Below the pieces are notes generated by a model. It made no database searches. It had not been told where the DNA came from and saw only the letters and a list, made by a program, of their open reading frames with translations. Of a stretch of DNA of 64,000 bases, positions 13,407 to 26,955 are shown in pieces. The position numbers and the translations under genes were made by a program. Each line of letters starts with the position of its first letter. Position 1 is the stretch's first letter. This DNA is from the human T2T-CHM13v2.0 reference genome, Homo sapiens: NCBI RefSeq assembly GCF_009914755.1, contig NC_060936.1; one strand, 5' to 3'.

Positions 13407-14290
13407 ATAGCATGTTCCTTGAAATGAATGACTAAACAATGCAACACAGGACAACATAACAACACAATATAACCTCAGGATGCATTGAATCATTTGGCCC
13501 TCACTTGGGAATGCCCTTGGCTTCTTTCTTGGTGTCTTTTATTGAAGCTTCCCAGGAACACACCTGTTCTGCCTCTGATTTGAGCCTTCTTGATTCCCAC
13601 CCTCAGCAGTGTTCTCTCCCACAACTTGGACAGAGATTCTCTAATCATCCACAAAGGCATTAAAGCTCCACTCAGTTTATATTTATGTCCTTTTCCCTGG
13701 AATGGAAAGAAACCTCTGTGTTGATTGGGATCATTAGAAATTCCCCAGAGAGACATGGACTCATTATGTTCTTCCCGTGTGTTAATATGGATTTCCCAGA
13801 AGCCCCTGGAGAGCCGTGTGTTTATACGCACAGTTCCTGTTCAAGAAGGGTAACTACCTGCAGTGTTTACAGTGCACAGGCCCTTTGGAAATGGTCTCCA
13901 AGTGACTTTAAATAAATTTAAGTGAGTTAGAGGCACTGTTCCTGACACATGCTATTTCTTTTGAGCAGGCTCCCTGGGGAAGGATGAGTTGATGCTGTGT
14001 TGAACTCTCCCTGCACAAAGAAGAAAGTTTTCTGAGGAGGAGGAGCCCTGGTGAAGAGTAGGGGAGAGGGTGAGGAGGGAGGGAGAGAGGAAGTCCTCCT
14101 TGGCCAATGAATGTGTGGTACTATGGGGCTTTTACAAACTGTCCTTTTTAAAACCTAAAATTTCAGGCCTGAAATTAAAATTTAAGTACATCAGGATGGT
14201 GCAGAACATTAACGTGGAGGGACATTCAGAGTATTTTTATCAGGGCTTCTTAACTCAGTGTAACCACAGAACCAATTCAGTCTGGTTCAG

Positions 14291-14773
14291 TGTTGTCCGT
14301 AACAATATGTAACAAAATGATGAGTTGTTTTTCAATTGCAACAGACCCCCGGGTTGCAAGTCAAGTAATCAGAGCATGCCCAGATGAACCAAGCATGTCA
14401 GATTTGAGACTGTGGAGCCAATCTGAAGGAAAAAAAGTCATCCATAAGCAGAACCTAAGTACTCAGATCAAGGGACCAGGCCCAGTTAAGTGAGAGGTAC
14501 TCTGTTTTGTTGCAGTACGAAATTAAAAGCCAAGGACCCAACACCACGTCTTTGTATCACCCAATCAGATCACGCTTCATTGCATCTTCCTATCTTCCTC
14601 ATAGCTACTCTCTGCCTAGAAAACCTGCCCCCAGCTCTGGGAGACAAACTTGAGCACTGCTCCCTGTCTCCTGGCCAATTAACTTGCAATAAAGCTTTTT
14701 TTCCCCCTTAAAAGCCAGTACCATATTATTTTTTTCTGTATGTGTTGAGCAGTGAGCCCAATACTTGGTAACT
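14291..14773 (+). mobile_element. ERVL-class solo LTR (MER73/MER74/MER54-like)
   Basis: gcatgcccagatgaaccaag, CCAAT, AATAAA, ends gcagtgagcccaatacttggtaac. Confidence 0.55.
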
Positions 14774-15689
14774 CTGGGGTGTGGGGTCTGGTGGTGGTGC
14801 TTCAGGGAACCGGAGGTGCAGCGTAGTCTTGAATTCCTTGAAAATACAGGCAAAATGTAGTTAATATAAGTACATATGCATTTTTCCGAGGAGCATATTC
14901 TTAGCTGTTATCACACAAAAGAGCCTATAAAAAAACATATTGCTGTTCTCTCATCCCCATAGGAGTGGCTGTTTTTATATTCCCTGGTATAGGTCTCTCT
15001 TCCAGGACAACAGTTTTTTTTCTCTACTTAAATGCAAGCTATTTTTCAAAGAGCACTAAAAGAGAAAGATGTGCCATATCCAAAGTGCCTGGCTTCTGAG
15101 CATGTGAACAGGGCAGTCCATGTCTCCTTTCCCTTGCCTGGCTATGTCCTTCCCATGACTTTCTTGCTTTCCCAATTGTGTACCCCTGAGGCCTCTCCTG
15201 GGAAGGGTGCCCTCTCTCAGGGATGGTGATCTCTAGCCCCTGTGACCTCATTACTCCTCCCTTCTCCTGGTCTGTTTTCAAAGGAGCCAAAGGGAGTTTC
15301 ACCTGGAGCAAAGGTTATTTGCATTCATATTTGCCACAGTCTGGAAGGTTCTCAGCTTAGAAGAGATCATTATTAGGATTATTTCAGAAAAAAATATTGT
15401 TTTCTTTTCCTATTACCTGCTTTATTTTTAATGAGAAATGAAGACTAAACCAAATAGAATTAGAGACTCATAGAGCTGACAATCATTTTCAACTTCCAAC
15501 TCAATACAATAAGTATTGATTCATTCAGTGAACTTTCCTTTAAAGCCAACTCTGTGCTGAATGTGGAGGATACAATGATAAGCAAGACAGAGTAAGGAAA
15601 AATTGTTCGTGATCTATTAAAAGACAGTTAAGAAGTTTTAAAAATTGGTTAGGTGCTATAATGGAAATATGTTCAGCATATGAGACCTA

Positions 15690-16556
15690 AAATTTGTTTT
15701 TATTTTTAATTTTTTAAATTTGCATACATTTAAGGAGTACAAGTGCAGTTCTGTTATATCATGGATATGTTACTGGCACCCTGGGTTCTTGTAATCTCCC
15801 AGGATAGGAATCAAGAGAGATCACAAGACATAGCAGCAAAGAGGACATTTATTTAGCTTGTGCACAAGGAAGCCAGCACTGTGGAAGGAAAACATGGGGG
15901 AGGGGTGGGTATTTTCCTGGAGGATAGTATGGGCGTTACTTTTATAGGATTTTTCTATAGGGAAGGGTTTTGTCAGGGCACACATAGGAGGGGTTTCTCT
16001 AGCACTTGCGCAGTGGCTTGATGTGCTTCTTTAGACATTGAACATAACATTAGCATTTTAAATCTCTACCCCTGGGTGACATTTTTTGCAATAAAATGAG
16101 GAAGGGGTAACTATAAGTTGAAGTTTAACTGCTCATATGGGGTCGTGGGGAGCTCCTTAGCCCCATAAAGCAGGAACTTGTGGTTAATAGCTTCTTGGGT
16201 CTTTTGTAGCTGATTGGTTGGAAGTTAGGTAAGCTGTAGCTTGAGTAAGGGGCTTTTGTGCTTTTTCTCTAGACTACATCAAAACAAAAAGCCAGCCAGC
16301 CTGCTTGTCTCAGATATGTTGTGTGGTGGTGAATCTGGGCTTTTAGGGCAACCATTACATGAATAATGTACATGTACCCATTAAATAATTTCTCATCCCT
16401 CACCTCCCCACCACCCTTCTGAGTTTCCAAAGTCTGTTATTCCACACGCTATGTCCGTGTGTACAGATTATTTAGCTTCCACTTACAAGTGAGAACATGC
16501 AGCATTTGACTCTCTGTTTCTGAGTGTTTCACTTAAGATATGGCCTCCAGTTCCAT
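15690..16556 (-). mobile_element. L1 3' end (L1PB/L1MA-like), split by a solo LTR
   Basis: T-rich tail, gtacaagtgcagtt...ccacttacaagtgagaacatgc...ggcctccagttccat. Confidence 0.85.
15768..16312 (-). mobile_element. ERV1-class solo LTR (545 bp)
   Basis: TG...CA termini with perfect 4-bp TSD GATA (15764-67 / 16313-16). Confidence 0.8.
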
Positions 16557-17694
16557 TGGATGGTGTTCCGGATGGACTATTATCAAGCTTTTGCCTGAAC
16601 ATTTCTGACTATTCAGTTCTAAAATACCAGTTCTTTCTTTGACTGAGCTGAAATTGTCTCTTAGTTACTAATATTATATATTAAGTATATATGCCCAAAG
16701 GGTCAGGCAAGCTTACTAATTGAGTGAAGTGAGTTGGGTATAAGGTTATATCCATTTGATTCAGGGGCACTTTGCATATTAAACACGTGAAAATGCTTTC
16801 CTCTTTCAGAGGAGATTTGCTTTCTTCCATTTTTCTTCTTAAAGTGTGCATTTCAGCCTGTGTTTAATATCCCATGTTTAATAGCAATATAGACAAAAAA
16901 ATCCATTCTTCTCTTTACCATAAGGTACACAATAATGCATATATAATGATAAATGACAGCTTCAGTTTGGGAACACAGTGAGGATTGTCAGGGACTATGG
17001 CAAATTGTGAACACCTGCCTCATCTAAATGGATGCCTAAATTATCCATGCAGGCTGGCCCAGTGTGGCTGATTCCTCTGATATTTCAAGAAAAGCCAACA
17101 CAAAACTTTCATGTTTGCATATTAAACATGTAACAGCTAATCAAGTAAGTTCACAGACCAATCCTCGCCCACAGCAGTCTATTTACTACATTTGAATAGA
17201 CAATGGTCTTTGTAACTCCAAAGAGGAAATTTCTTTGGATGTTACTCAGAACAAATGTACTCCTTCAGTATTTCATTCATTCATTCATTCTTTCATCCAC
17301 CTATCCCTTCTAATATATACTGAGTGCATTTGAGCCAACCATTATGCACTGGGTATAAGCTAAAGATATGATAAAGATCCTGACCTTGAGGAATTTGCCT
17401 TCTTTCCATCTCTCATCTTGTCTATGCTGAATCTTTTACGACAAACTTGAGCCTTTGAGATTGGCTGTTTCCTCTTCTCATCACCTAATTTTAAATGAAT
17501 GACTTGGTCAGGAAGGCTTAGTCTGAAGAAGTGTGAAACTGTGTAAATTTGGCCATCCTGTGGACATTGAGCCTAGATTCTCTTCTCCAAGGACAGAAGC
17601 CTTCATGCCCTTCTCTCCAGGGTCTGTCTGATTTTTGATGGATCCTCGGATCAGGAATGTGGAGATTTTAGTTGCTCCTCCCAATAGTCTAATC

Positions 17695-18224
17695 CAGTCG
17701 TCCCCAACCTTTCTGGCACCAGGGACCAGTTTCATGGAAGAAAATTTTCCCATATACCAGGGTGGCAGGGGATGGTTTCGGGATGATTCAAGTGCATTAC
17801 GTTTATTGTGCACTTTATTTCTATTATTATTACATTGTAATATATAATGAAATAATTATACAACTCACCATAATGTAGAATCAGTGGGAGCCCTGAGCTT
17901 GTTTTCCCACAACTAGACAGTCCCAATTGGGTGGTGATGGGAGAGAGTGACAGAGCATCAGGCATTAGATTCTCATAAGGAGCACACAACCTAGATCCCT
18001 CGCATGTGCAGTTCACAATAGGATGCAAGTTCCTATGAGAATCTAATGCTGCTGCTGATCTGACAGGAGGTGGAGCTCGGGCAGTAATGTGAGCAATGGG
18101 GAGTGGGTGTGAATACAGACGAAGCTTCGCTTGCTCACCCATTGCTTACGTCCTGCTGTGCAGCCTGGTTCCTAACAGGCCACGAACCGGTATTGACCTG
18201 TGGCCTGGGGACTGGGGACCTTTG
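17695..18224. mobile_element. MER1A hAT-Charlie DNA transposon
   Basis: TIRs cagtcgtccccaac / ggggacctttg. 8-bp TSD gtctaatc/gtctagtc. Typical internal sequence. Confidence 0.9.
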
Positions 18225-18679
18225 GTCTAGTCCACTGACCTCTCCCCATTTCCTCTGGGTGGGGCATATAGCAATTGGACTGTTTCACAAGGTCAAGTCT
18301 CACCTCAGAGCACTGGAGTCAGATCCACCCAACATTTCATTTTTCTGGTCTTTGGTGGGAAAAAGATTACTTCAATTTTTTTTTCCAGCAGGAATGTAAA
18401 TGAAGTGAACAACATCTCTTTCCTGTTCCAATTTGATTTGTCATACTATAGTCTGAGATATTCAGAATTCCATAGGTTGTAAGTTGTGTATATATCAGGT
18501 ATTTAGAATTAGCCTGTCATCACCAACTTAGAAATCTGCCATAATTATTTCTGAATATTCCAGTGGGAACAAAAAAAGGAATGATCAGCAAGGTCTGCTC
18601 TCTGTTCCTTAGATTGATCTGTCAGAATATAGCTAGAACTGTTTAAAATTCTGTGGTTTATAAATTCTGCATGTAATCA

Positions 18680-19007
18680 GGTATTGGGAATTCCATAACA
18701 TCTATACCAAAATGGTGGCTAATAACCACATGTGATTTTTTGAGCACTTTAAATGTGGCTAGTCCACACTGAAATATGTAGTAAGTGTAATTTATAAATA
18801 AAAATTTTAAAAACAAAAGCAAAAGATATAAAATATCTCTGATGATTTTTGAATATTGATTACCAGTTGAGAAGATAATATTTTGGATATATTGGCATAA
18901 TTAAAATATATTATTAAAAATAGTTTCACCTTTTTTTTTAAACATGGCTACAAAAATATCTAAAATTACATATGTGGCATGCATTATCTTTCTGTTGTAT
19001 AGTGCTG
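18680..19007. mobile_element. MER33/MER3-like hAT element
   Basis: ccacatgtg...gagcactttaaatgtggctagt ... aaaattacatatgtggc...agtgctg. Confidence 0.75.
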
Positions 19008-20055
19008 GTCTAGACCTTAATTTTCTCAACTGACTTACCAAAGAGGAAGCGTTTGCATAACAAAAGCAAGTTAAGGCAAAGGATAAAGACTGGACAAGTG
19101 TTTTGGTAAAATACTTTAGTTGTGTAGACATCTGCAGGCAATATCTGTTAGGATGTATGCCCCCACAACCATGCTCTCTACTCTATTTTTCCCTATAACA
19201 ATATTAACTCAATTGGGATTGTTATAACTTCTTAGTCATTTTAAGATAAAGTTTAGAAGGCTGTTTTTTTCTGCATTTCTATCTCAGGAAATATTTAAAG
19301 AGATTGAACAGTATGTTTCTTTTCTTTCTTTTTGGGGGGATTTTTTTTAGTTTAACTATGATAGTCCTATAACACAGAGTATTGGTTGAATGGGAATTTC
19401 TGTAAGAGGGCTTTTAGTAAACATTCTAAAAATTATGCTTTTCCTCATTCTATTTATTTCAGCAGCAGCTGTGAATAAGCTCTCTGATGCCCTGAAGAGT
19501 CCCTTGTGAGGTGGTAACCAATGGTGCTTCCAGATGCCCAGTTTGGGAGGTTGGTTCGTGGTGGCACCATGGTGGAGGAAAAACATTCATTCCTGGTTTT
19601 TCCCAACTGTGGATATGATCATAAGGGAGATCATCTCTAGCGGCGGGGACTCTTGCCTCCAGCCCTCTGGGACTTGCCTCTGGATCACCATTTGTTCAGG
19701 AAAGAGCCCAGCAGCCAGAATGATGTATTTTGGGCTCGGATTGCCTTCTATGTGGAGTGAGGAGACAGATGGGCTTAGCACCTATCTTCTTGTCTTATCC
19801 ATGACACCAAAATTTTTAAAAATATAATTTTACTATATTTATGGTTATTTAATCATAATTCTGGAAGAAAGAAAAATGATGCAGACTCAAATTTATAGAA
19901 TAACTGCATGTTGGGACACATTTTTAACTAAGTAATCAAATAGCTTGTCTTTATAAATGACAGATTTTTCTCTTCTTTTCCTCATGCTATTTTAATGGTA
20001 TCTGTAATCTCTTTGCAACTAATGCGGACACATTACTTTGGTTTTTTTCCTCCTG

Positions 20056-20232
20056 GCGGACCATATTTTTGACAGGCATGAACTCGTTCTGCTTCCATGC
20101 AGTAAATATAATTGTATACTGACAAGTGACTCTTAAGCTGACGTACACCTGTGACAAAGCTGTCTTTGGGAATCACAGACTTGCTTTTGTTATGAGCTAC
20201 TTTTTGCTGTGCATCCTGTTCATGCTGAGGAC
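20056..20232 (+). pseudogene. TMTC1: TMTC1 pseudo-exon 2
   Basis: RTIFLTGMNSFCFHAVNIIVY*QVTLKLTYTCDKAVFGNHRLAFVMS/(1-bp frameshift)LFAVHPVHAED versus recalled LNIFLTGMNPFYFHAVNIILHCLVTLVLMYTCDKTVFKNRGLAFVTALLFAVHPIHTEA. Acceptor reads tg and the donor is absent. Confidence 0.93.
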
Positions 20233-20879
20233 CTAGATGAAGTACCCCTGAAGACCTTCCAGCGGGAAAAGATGTGAAGGTGAAAGACATGGATATTAAT
20301 GATCCTCACCCCACGTAGGCCTAGGCTAATGTGTGGGTTTGTGTCTTGGTTTTTAACAAAAATGTTTGGAATGTAAAAAATTAAAAATTATTTTCAAAAT
20401 AAAAAATCATTATAGAATGATTATAAAGAACGAAAATGTTTTTGTACAGTTGTACAGTGTGTTTATGTTTTAAGTAGTTATTACAAAAAAGTAAAAGGTT
20501 TGTTAAAAATTTTAAAGTCTATGAAATAAGTAAATTACAATAGATAACGTTAATTTAAAGTCTACAGTAGTGCATAGTAATGTCTTAGGCCTTCACATTC
20601 ACTCACCACCCACTCACTGACTCACCCAGAGCAACTTCTCGTACTGCAAGCTCCATTCATATACTTACCATTGTGTTACAATTGCCTATGGTATTCAGTA
20701 TAGTAACACACTGTGCAGGTGCCTACGAGCAATAGGCTATTCCCTGTAGGCTAGGTGTGTAATAGCCTATACAATCTAGGTGTGTGTAAGTATACTCTAT
20801 GATGTTAGCACAACATAACTAAATCACCTAATGACACATTCCTCAGAACACATCCTTGTTATTAAGCGATGCATGACTG
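20233..20879. mobile_element. Tigger3 (MER7/Golem family), truncated on the left
   Basis: Right TIR ttaagcgatgcatgactg followed by TA, internal taggcctaggctaatgtgt motif, no left TIR. Confidence 0.85.
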
Positions 20880-22951
20880 TATAAGCTAAATTTTCTTCTC
20901 TCTACTTGAATTCAAATAATAGCTGGTGAGCAGGACTTAAAAAGCCATTAACATATTGTCTTCATTTTTATAAAGTGTATACCAACTATCTGCATGACAA
21001 TTTCCCTTTGTGCATAATCACAATGGACTTTATTGAGCATCCCAGTGAACAGTTTTTTTTAAATTATTAAATATCATTATCACTATAAATACAAATAAAG
21101 GCCCACAGTCTTTTATTGCAGTAAATTGATACCTAAGGTTTTTCAAGCAGCAAGCATCATGAGGTGTCTATTATCATGCTGACTCTTTATTCTTACTTTA
21201 AATGTATAGTTTACCGTTTCCACATCTTGCTTTTTGTGCATAGTATTTATGATACAGAACTATGAATGCTTTGAAAGGACTGTATGAAAGTTAGTGTAAC
21301 ATTCTTCAAGTTAGAATGACAGGCTATGTGAAAAACATATATATTTATATATTTACATATGGATATTTATAGATATTTATATATATATACACACATATAT
21401 ATGTATAAATTATATTCCAAGTTATTTCATAAGAGTCTAGTATCTCCATGGGAACAAAATTAAAGTTATTAATTTATAAGGCAGAGATATCCAGGCTTTG
21501 CAGTCCTCTTTTCATGATGCACAGAGTTGGAATTATCCGGTCCCCTGTGCCCCATCACAGTTAACCACAGGCAGTCTACCTGGAGTAGGCACCTGTTTCT
21601 CTCAGGCCAGACAAAGGCCTTCAAGGGACACATGGGCACAACATTTTCTTAAAAGCCCAGTTCCTAGAGGCTTAACCTCCACCTGTTTACTTTCCTAAAA
21701 CAGATGTGCTTGAGAATGTGCTGTGGCCATGGAACCATGATGATTCTCCTCGCCTCTCTTTCCTGTTCACAGTGAACTTGTCTTTACAAGTCATGATTCT
21801 CACTGCTCCAGAATCTTACTAATGCCTTCCTTACACCTCTGGTGTAGAAACCTGAGGTAGTGCAAATGGACGATTGAAGTGCTGGGGTCAAGAAAAATCT
21901 CCTTTAATTAAGGCTCCATAAAGCCAAAGTCCACTTCCTAATTTCCCCCAGTCTCTTTCTCTAAAGAGTAAAGCATGGCATTAGAAATAGCATATTTAGA
22001 TCTCTGTTGCAATGTTCTGAATTCAGAAGGGTTCCCATCAAAATAGGTGCCATCAGTTTATTTGATTTAAAAACATGAAATGATAGTTTCTGATAGAAAG
22101 TTAGTCTGATTTGCAGTTGGTTTGATAATGAAAACCAATTTTGCCAATTAAGCTAAATGGTAGACATCTTTCATAAATGGAATGAGTTAAATCTCCCCAT
22201 TTTAATGAAAATATTTAAAACATATTGTATACAAATATATAATACATGTATTCTATTTTTAAAATTTGATATATTTAAAAATTTTTTTTGCAAATGTGTA
22301 TTAAAATTAACAAAGTGTTCACTTCATAACCCAGTTCTAACTTTATTGGATTAAGCAAGGTGTCTCTAGCTGAAAGAGTAACAAATATAAATAAAAACTC
22401 CTTTAATAAAGGGCCAGCCTTTTGGTGCATTTTTCAGAAAGTAGAGGAGTAAATAAATGACTCTAATGACAGAATTACAAATCACTTTGCATCAGGAGGG
22501 TTCCAGTTATTTGCTTTCACAAAGGAATTGAGTTTTCAGTTGCTACGACATTAAAGATAATTTTTGATGATAAATCACTATGTGAATTTTGGCATTCTGA
22601 AAGGAATTTATAGAACTGAATCATTCCTATGAGACAACTCTTCCAATTATCATATGAACTATCCATAAAGAAAAAGCTGGGAATACTATTGATGTTGCTC
22701 AATGCTTTGTTCTAGCAATAGGTAATATTCAGATACAAGAACAGTAGCCCCCAAAAATGCATTTTTACATTTAACATTTAATTGTCAAAATGTGTTATAT
22801 ATATGTGTGCATATAAATGTATGTATGTATATCTATATATACATATTTGTGTGGTTTGACCAAGTCTGAATTAATAATAAAGGTAATAATGCAAATTTAA
22901 TTTTTGGCATGTAAAACCATATGATTACAATGCATTTAAAAATTTAAATTT

Positions 22952-23249
<298 letters not shown>

Positions 23250-23390
23250 TTAAATTTATACACATATTTGTGATGTTGAAGGATCAAGCAATTAACAAGA
23301 GATTTTGAAGCATAAATATATATTACAGAAAGTTAAAACGCTGTGGGTAAAATAGAACAGAAATATCTCTTTCAGGAAGAAAGGAAGGGG

Positions 23391-24466
23391 TGTTGTGGGA
23401 AGTCAGGGACCCCAAACGGAGGGACCAGCTGAAGCCATGGCAGAAGAACGTGGATTGTGAAGATTTCATGGCCATTTATTAGTTCCCCAAATTAATACTT
23501 TTATAATTTCTTATGCCTGCCTTTTCTGCAATCTCTAAACATAAATTGTGAAGATTTCATGGACAATTACCACTTCCCCAATCAATACCCTTGTGATTTC
23601 CTATGCCTGTCTTTACTTGAATCTCTTAATCCTGTCATCTCATAAACTGAGGAGGATGTATGTCGCCTCAGGACCCTGTGATGGTTGCATTAACTGCACA
23701 AATTGTAGAGCATGTGTGTTTGAACAGTATGAAATCTGGGCACCTTGAAAAAAGAACAAGATAACAGCAATATTCAGGGAAGAAGAGAGATAACCTTAAA
23801 CTCTGACCACCAGTGAGCCGGGTGGAACAGAGCCATATTTCTCTTCTTTCAAAAGCAAATGGGAGAAATATTGCTGAATTCTTTTTCTCAGCAAGGAACA
23901 TCACTGAGAAAGAGAATGCGCCCCGAGGGTGAGCCTCTAAAATGGCCCCCTTGGGTGTGGCTGTCTTCTATGGTCAAAACTGTAGGGATGAAATAAGCCC
24001 CAGTCTCCCATAGTGTTCCCAGGCTTATTAGGATGAGGAAATTCCCACCTAATAAATTTTGGTCAGACTGGTTGCTCTCAAACCCTGTCTACTGGTAAGA
24101 TGTTATCCATGACAATGGTGCCCAAAACTTCATTAGTAATTTTAATTTCACCCCAGTCCTGTGGTCCTGTGATCTCGCCCTGTCTCCATTTGCCTTGTGA
24201 TATTCTATTACCTTGTGAAGTACATGATCTCTGTGAACCACACCCTATTGGTACACTCCCTCCCCTTTTGAAAATCCCTAATAAAAACTTGCTGGTTTTG
24301 TGGCTTGTGGGGCATCACAGAACCTACCGACATGTGATGTCTCCCCCAGATGCCCAGCTTTAAAATTTCTCTCTTTTGTACTCTGTCCCTTTATTTCTCA
24401 AACCAGCCAACTCTTAGGGAAAATAGAAAAGAACCTACATGACTATCAGGGGCAGGTTCCCCGATA
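23391..24466 (+). mobile_element. MER11 (MER11A-like) solo LTR, HERV-K(HML-8) family
   Basis: tgttgtgggaagtcagggacccc...ggggcaggttccccgata, about 1.08 kb, internal gtgaagatttcatgg repeat. Confidence 0.92.
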
Positions 24467-25375
24467 AAGGATGTAAAATATCTTAGCTTTTAAGGAAGAG
24501 TTTCTTCATGTTTTTTATAAATGAAAAATGATGGAGTTTCACATTGCTATGGCTTTTAGACTCTACTGGGCACTTTTAAAGCAGTGATATTAAGGTTTTA
24601 TTTTAAAATGTCAGTATATACAATGAACTGAAAATCTTTTTATTTAAAATTATGATGCAAATTTAAATATTAACCTAAAAGATGAGAGAGGACACAATTT
24701 TTAAAAATTCTTTTATGAGGCAAAACGGTAAAATGCCTCTACTGTGAACTCTATAGAACTCTGACAATAGGTCACTGGCAGTGTGTTACATTGCTTTAAA
24801 TGTCAGCATTATAGTTCTGGTAAGTGATTTTTCTGAGTCTAGTTGAAAATCTGTACTTAAAGTACCTTGGAGACAATGATCAGAAGAAGGAACAAATGAG
24901 AAAGGCAGGTAACCATCTTAATTCAATGCTTGCAGAGAGGGAGTACATGAAACTGCAGGTGACCTTGGGCACAGTGATCGCAAGCTGTAAAGTTTAGGTT
25001 GAATTCTAAGGAAAAAGGAAAGTTCTATTAGTAAAATGACTTTTAAAAAAGTTTCAGCAGGCTTTGATACTAAATGCAAAAAAGCCATGGAAACAAGATT
25101 AAAGGGGCAAAGGAGTTTGAAAGCAGATATTCTTTGAGGAAAGGATGTTAAAAAAGGCCATTTGCATTCACAGGAAGCTAGGAGATGTATAGGAAGAAGT
25201 CGAGAAAATTATTTGGTAAAGCAAATTACCATAGAAAATGAAAAACGAAAAGATTAATTTTAAAAAGAAGACCCCAGTTCAGCTTTCTACAAAGTAAGAG
25301 AGAGAAAAAGAAATAGATGTGCTTTGTGCAAAACATAAAGATAAATTATATTTTAAAAAAATTAAGATTATGCAG

Positions 25376-25738
25376 TGACATGGTTTTGCTGCATACCCAC
25401 AGAAATCTCATCTTGAATTGTAGCTCCCATAATTACCACATGTTGTGGGAGGGGACCTGGTGGGAGATAATTGAATCATGGGGGCAGTTTCCCCCATACT
25501 GTTCTTGTGGTAGTGAATAAGTCTCACGAGATCCGATGGTTTTGTAAGGGGTTTCTCCTTTCATTTGGCTCTCATTCCCTCTTGCCTGCCGCCATATAAG
25601 ACAAGCCTTTTGTCTTCCACCATGATTGTGAGACCTCCCCAGCCACATGGAACTGTGAATCCATTAAACCCCTTTTACTTTATAAATTACCCAGTCCCTG
25701 GTATGCCTTTATCAGCAATGTGAGAACAGACTAATACA
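25376..25738 (+). mobile_element. THE1 solo LTR
   Basis: tgacatggttt...gactaataca with perfect 5-bp TSD TGCAG. Confidence 0.92.
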
Positions 25739-26778
25739 TGCAGACAAAAGGGTAATGAGAATTAGCACACGTTCATTGAATTAGGAACAAAATATAGACC
25801 ATAACTGATCAAAGAAAGCAAGGAAAACATTTTGAAACTACTTTATTTTTGGCATTAATTGACTTAGAGTATTTCATCTACCATATTGATTACACAATAA
25901 ATATTTAATAAGCATCTACTGGGCCTAAGGCACTCTGTTGGTACACACAGACACAGCTTGGTCCCTGCCCATGAGTTGTTTAGATCTCATGGGAAGTAAA
26001 AGAACATAAAAATAAGTACAAGAACTAGTGGTGTGTTGAGATCCAAACAAGAACCTTAGCTAGGAGGAAAATTAATTTTAACTTGGTTAGGCAGAAAATA
26101 ATTTGTGCATTTACTCATTCTTTCTACAAACATTCACGTGCATATTTTGTGACAGCATAGAATGCTTGGTGATGTTTCCAGGGAACTCCTGAAAGTGTTG
26201 ATGGTATCTGAAGTTCCAGCTCCATTCACCTTCCTGGCATGGCAGCCTTCAGTTTGAAGCCAAAATACATGTTGCCTATTTGCATGCACGTTTCATTGAC
26301 CATGAGTTGACCAAGTCCTTTTTGAATTTCTCAGTATCTCATAGTTTTGCATTTCATTATAACAGAAATAAGTCTGCCCGCCTTAGTGTGATGGTCAAGG
26401 CTTTTCATATTCTCGTCCCAATTTAACCTCCAGCTTCGTCTTGCCATCACCCTCCCCAGCCCTTCCATACTTTTATGTGTTCTCCACTCTTGTGATTTTA
26501 TGCCTCCTCTGAAAACATTCCATATTGTTTTAGACACCTGTTCTTTCACTCTTGTTGGTTCCCCTGCCTCAAATACAGTTTTTCTCTCTGGCTTTGAACA
26601 CATTTTTCCTTCACTTTTGCTTCCTGAAATCCTCCTCATCTGTCCTCAAATCTTCATTCACAGGCTGGCTCTTCTGTGCAGCCTTCCCGGACCCTACAAT
26701 CAAAATCATTCCCTTTCTCTGACTTCTCATGGCAATCATTCCTCCTTAGATTAAAAAGATCTCTAATTTGTTTTTCAG

Positions 26779-26955
26779 GAGCCTGGATCAGGGCTATGTT
26801 GAGGAATGTTTTTCTCCCAGGGTTTCTCTCTTCTTATTGCTGCTCAATTTGTTTCTGGGGACCTGTGTGATGCTGGTGAAACAGACAGGCATCACGGTGT
26901 TCGGAGTGTGCTTGGTTTATGGCCTCTTTTACCTTTTCCACAAGCAAGATAAGTC
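26779..26955 (+). pseudogene. TMTC1: TMTC1 pseudo-exon 4 (frame still open)
   Basis: tttttcag acceptor, then SLDQGYVEECFSPRVSLFLLLLNLFLGTCVMLVKQTGITVFGVCLVYGLFYLFHKQDKS versus recalled SLDQGCVGGSFPSTVSPFFLLLSLFLGTCAMLVKETGITVFGVCLVYDLFSLSNKQDKS. No GT at the expected donor. Confidence 0.95.

Noticed and set aside
19356-19827. Overlapping ORFs and an acceptor-like tract (AG at 19461-62) in unique sequence before pseudo-exon 2
   Set aside because: No recognisable homology to TMTC1 or another protein and no convincing donor; not supportable without RNA data
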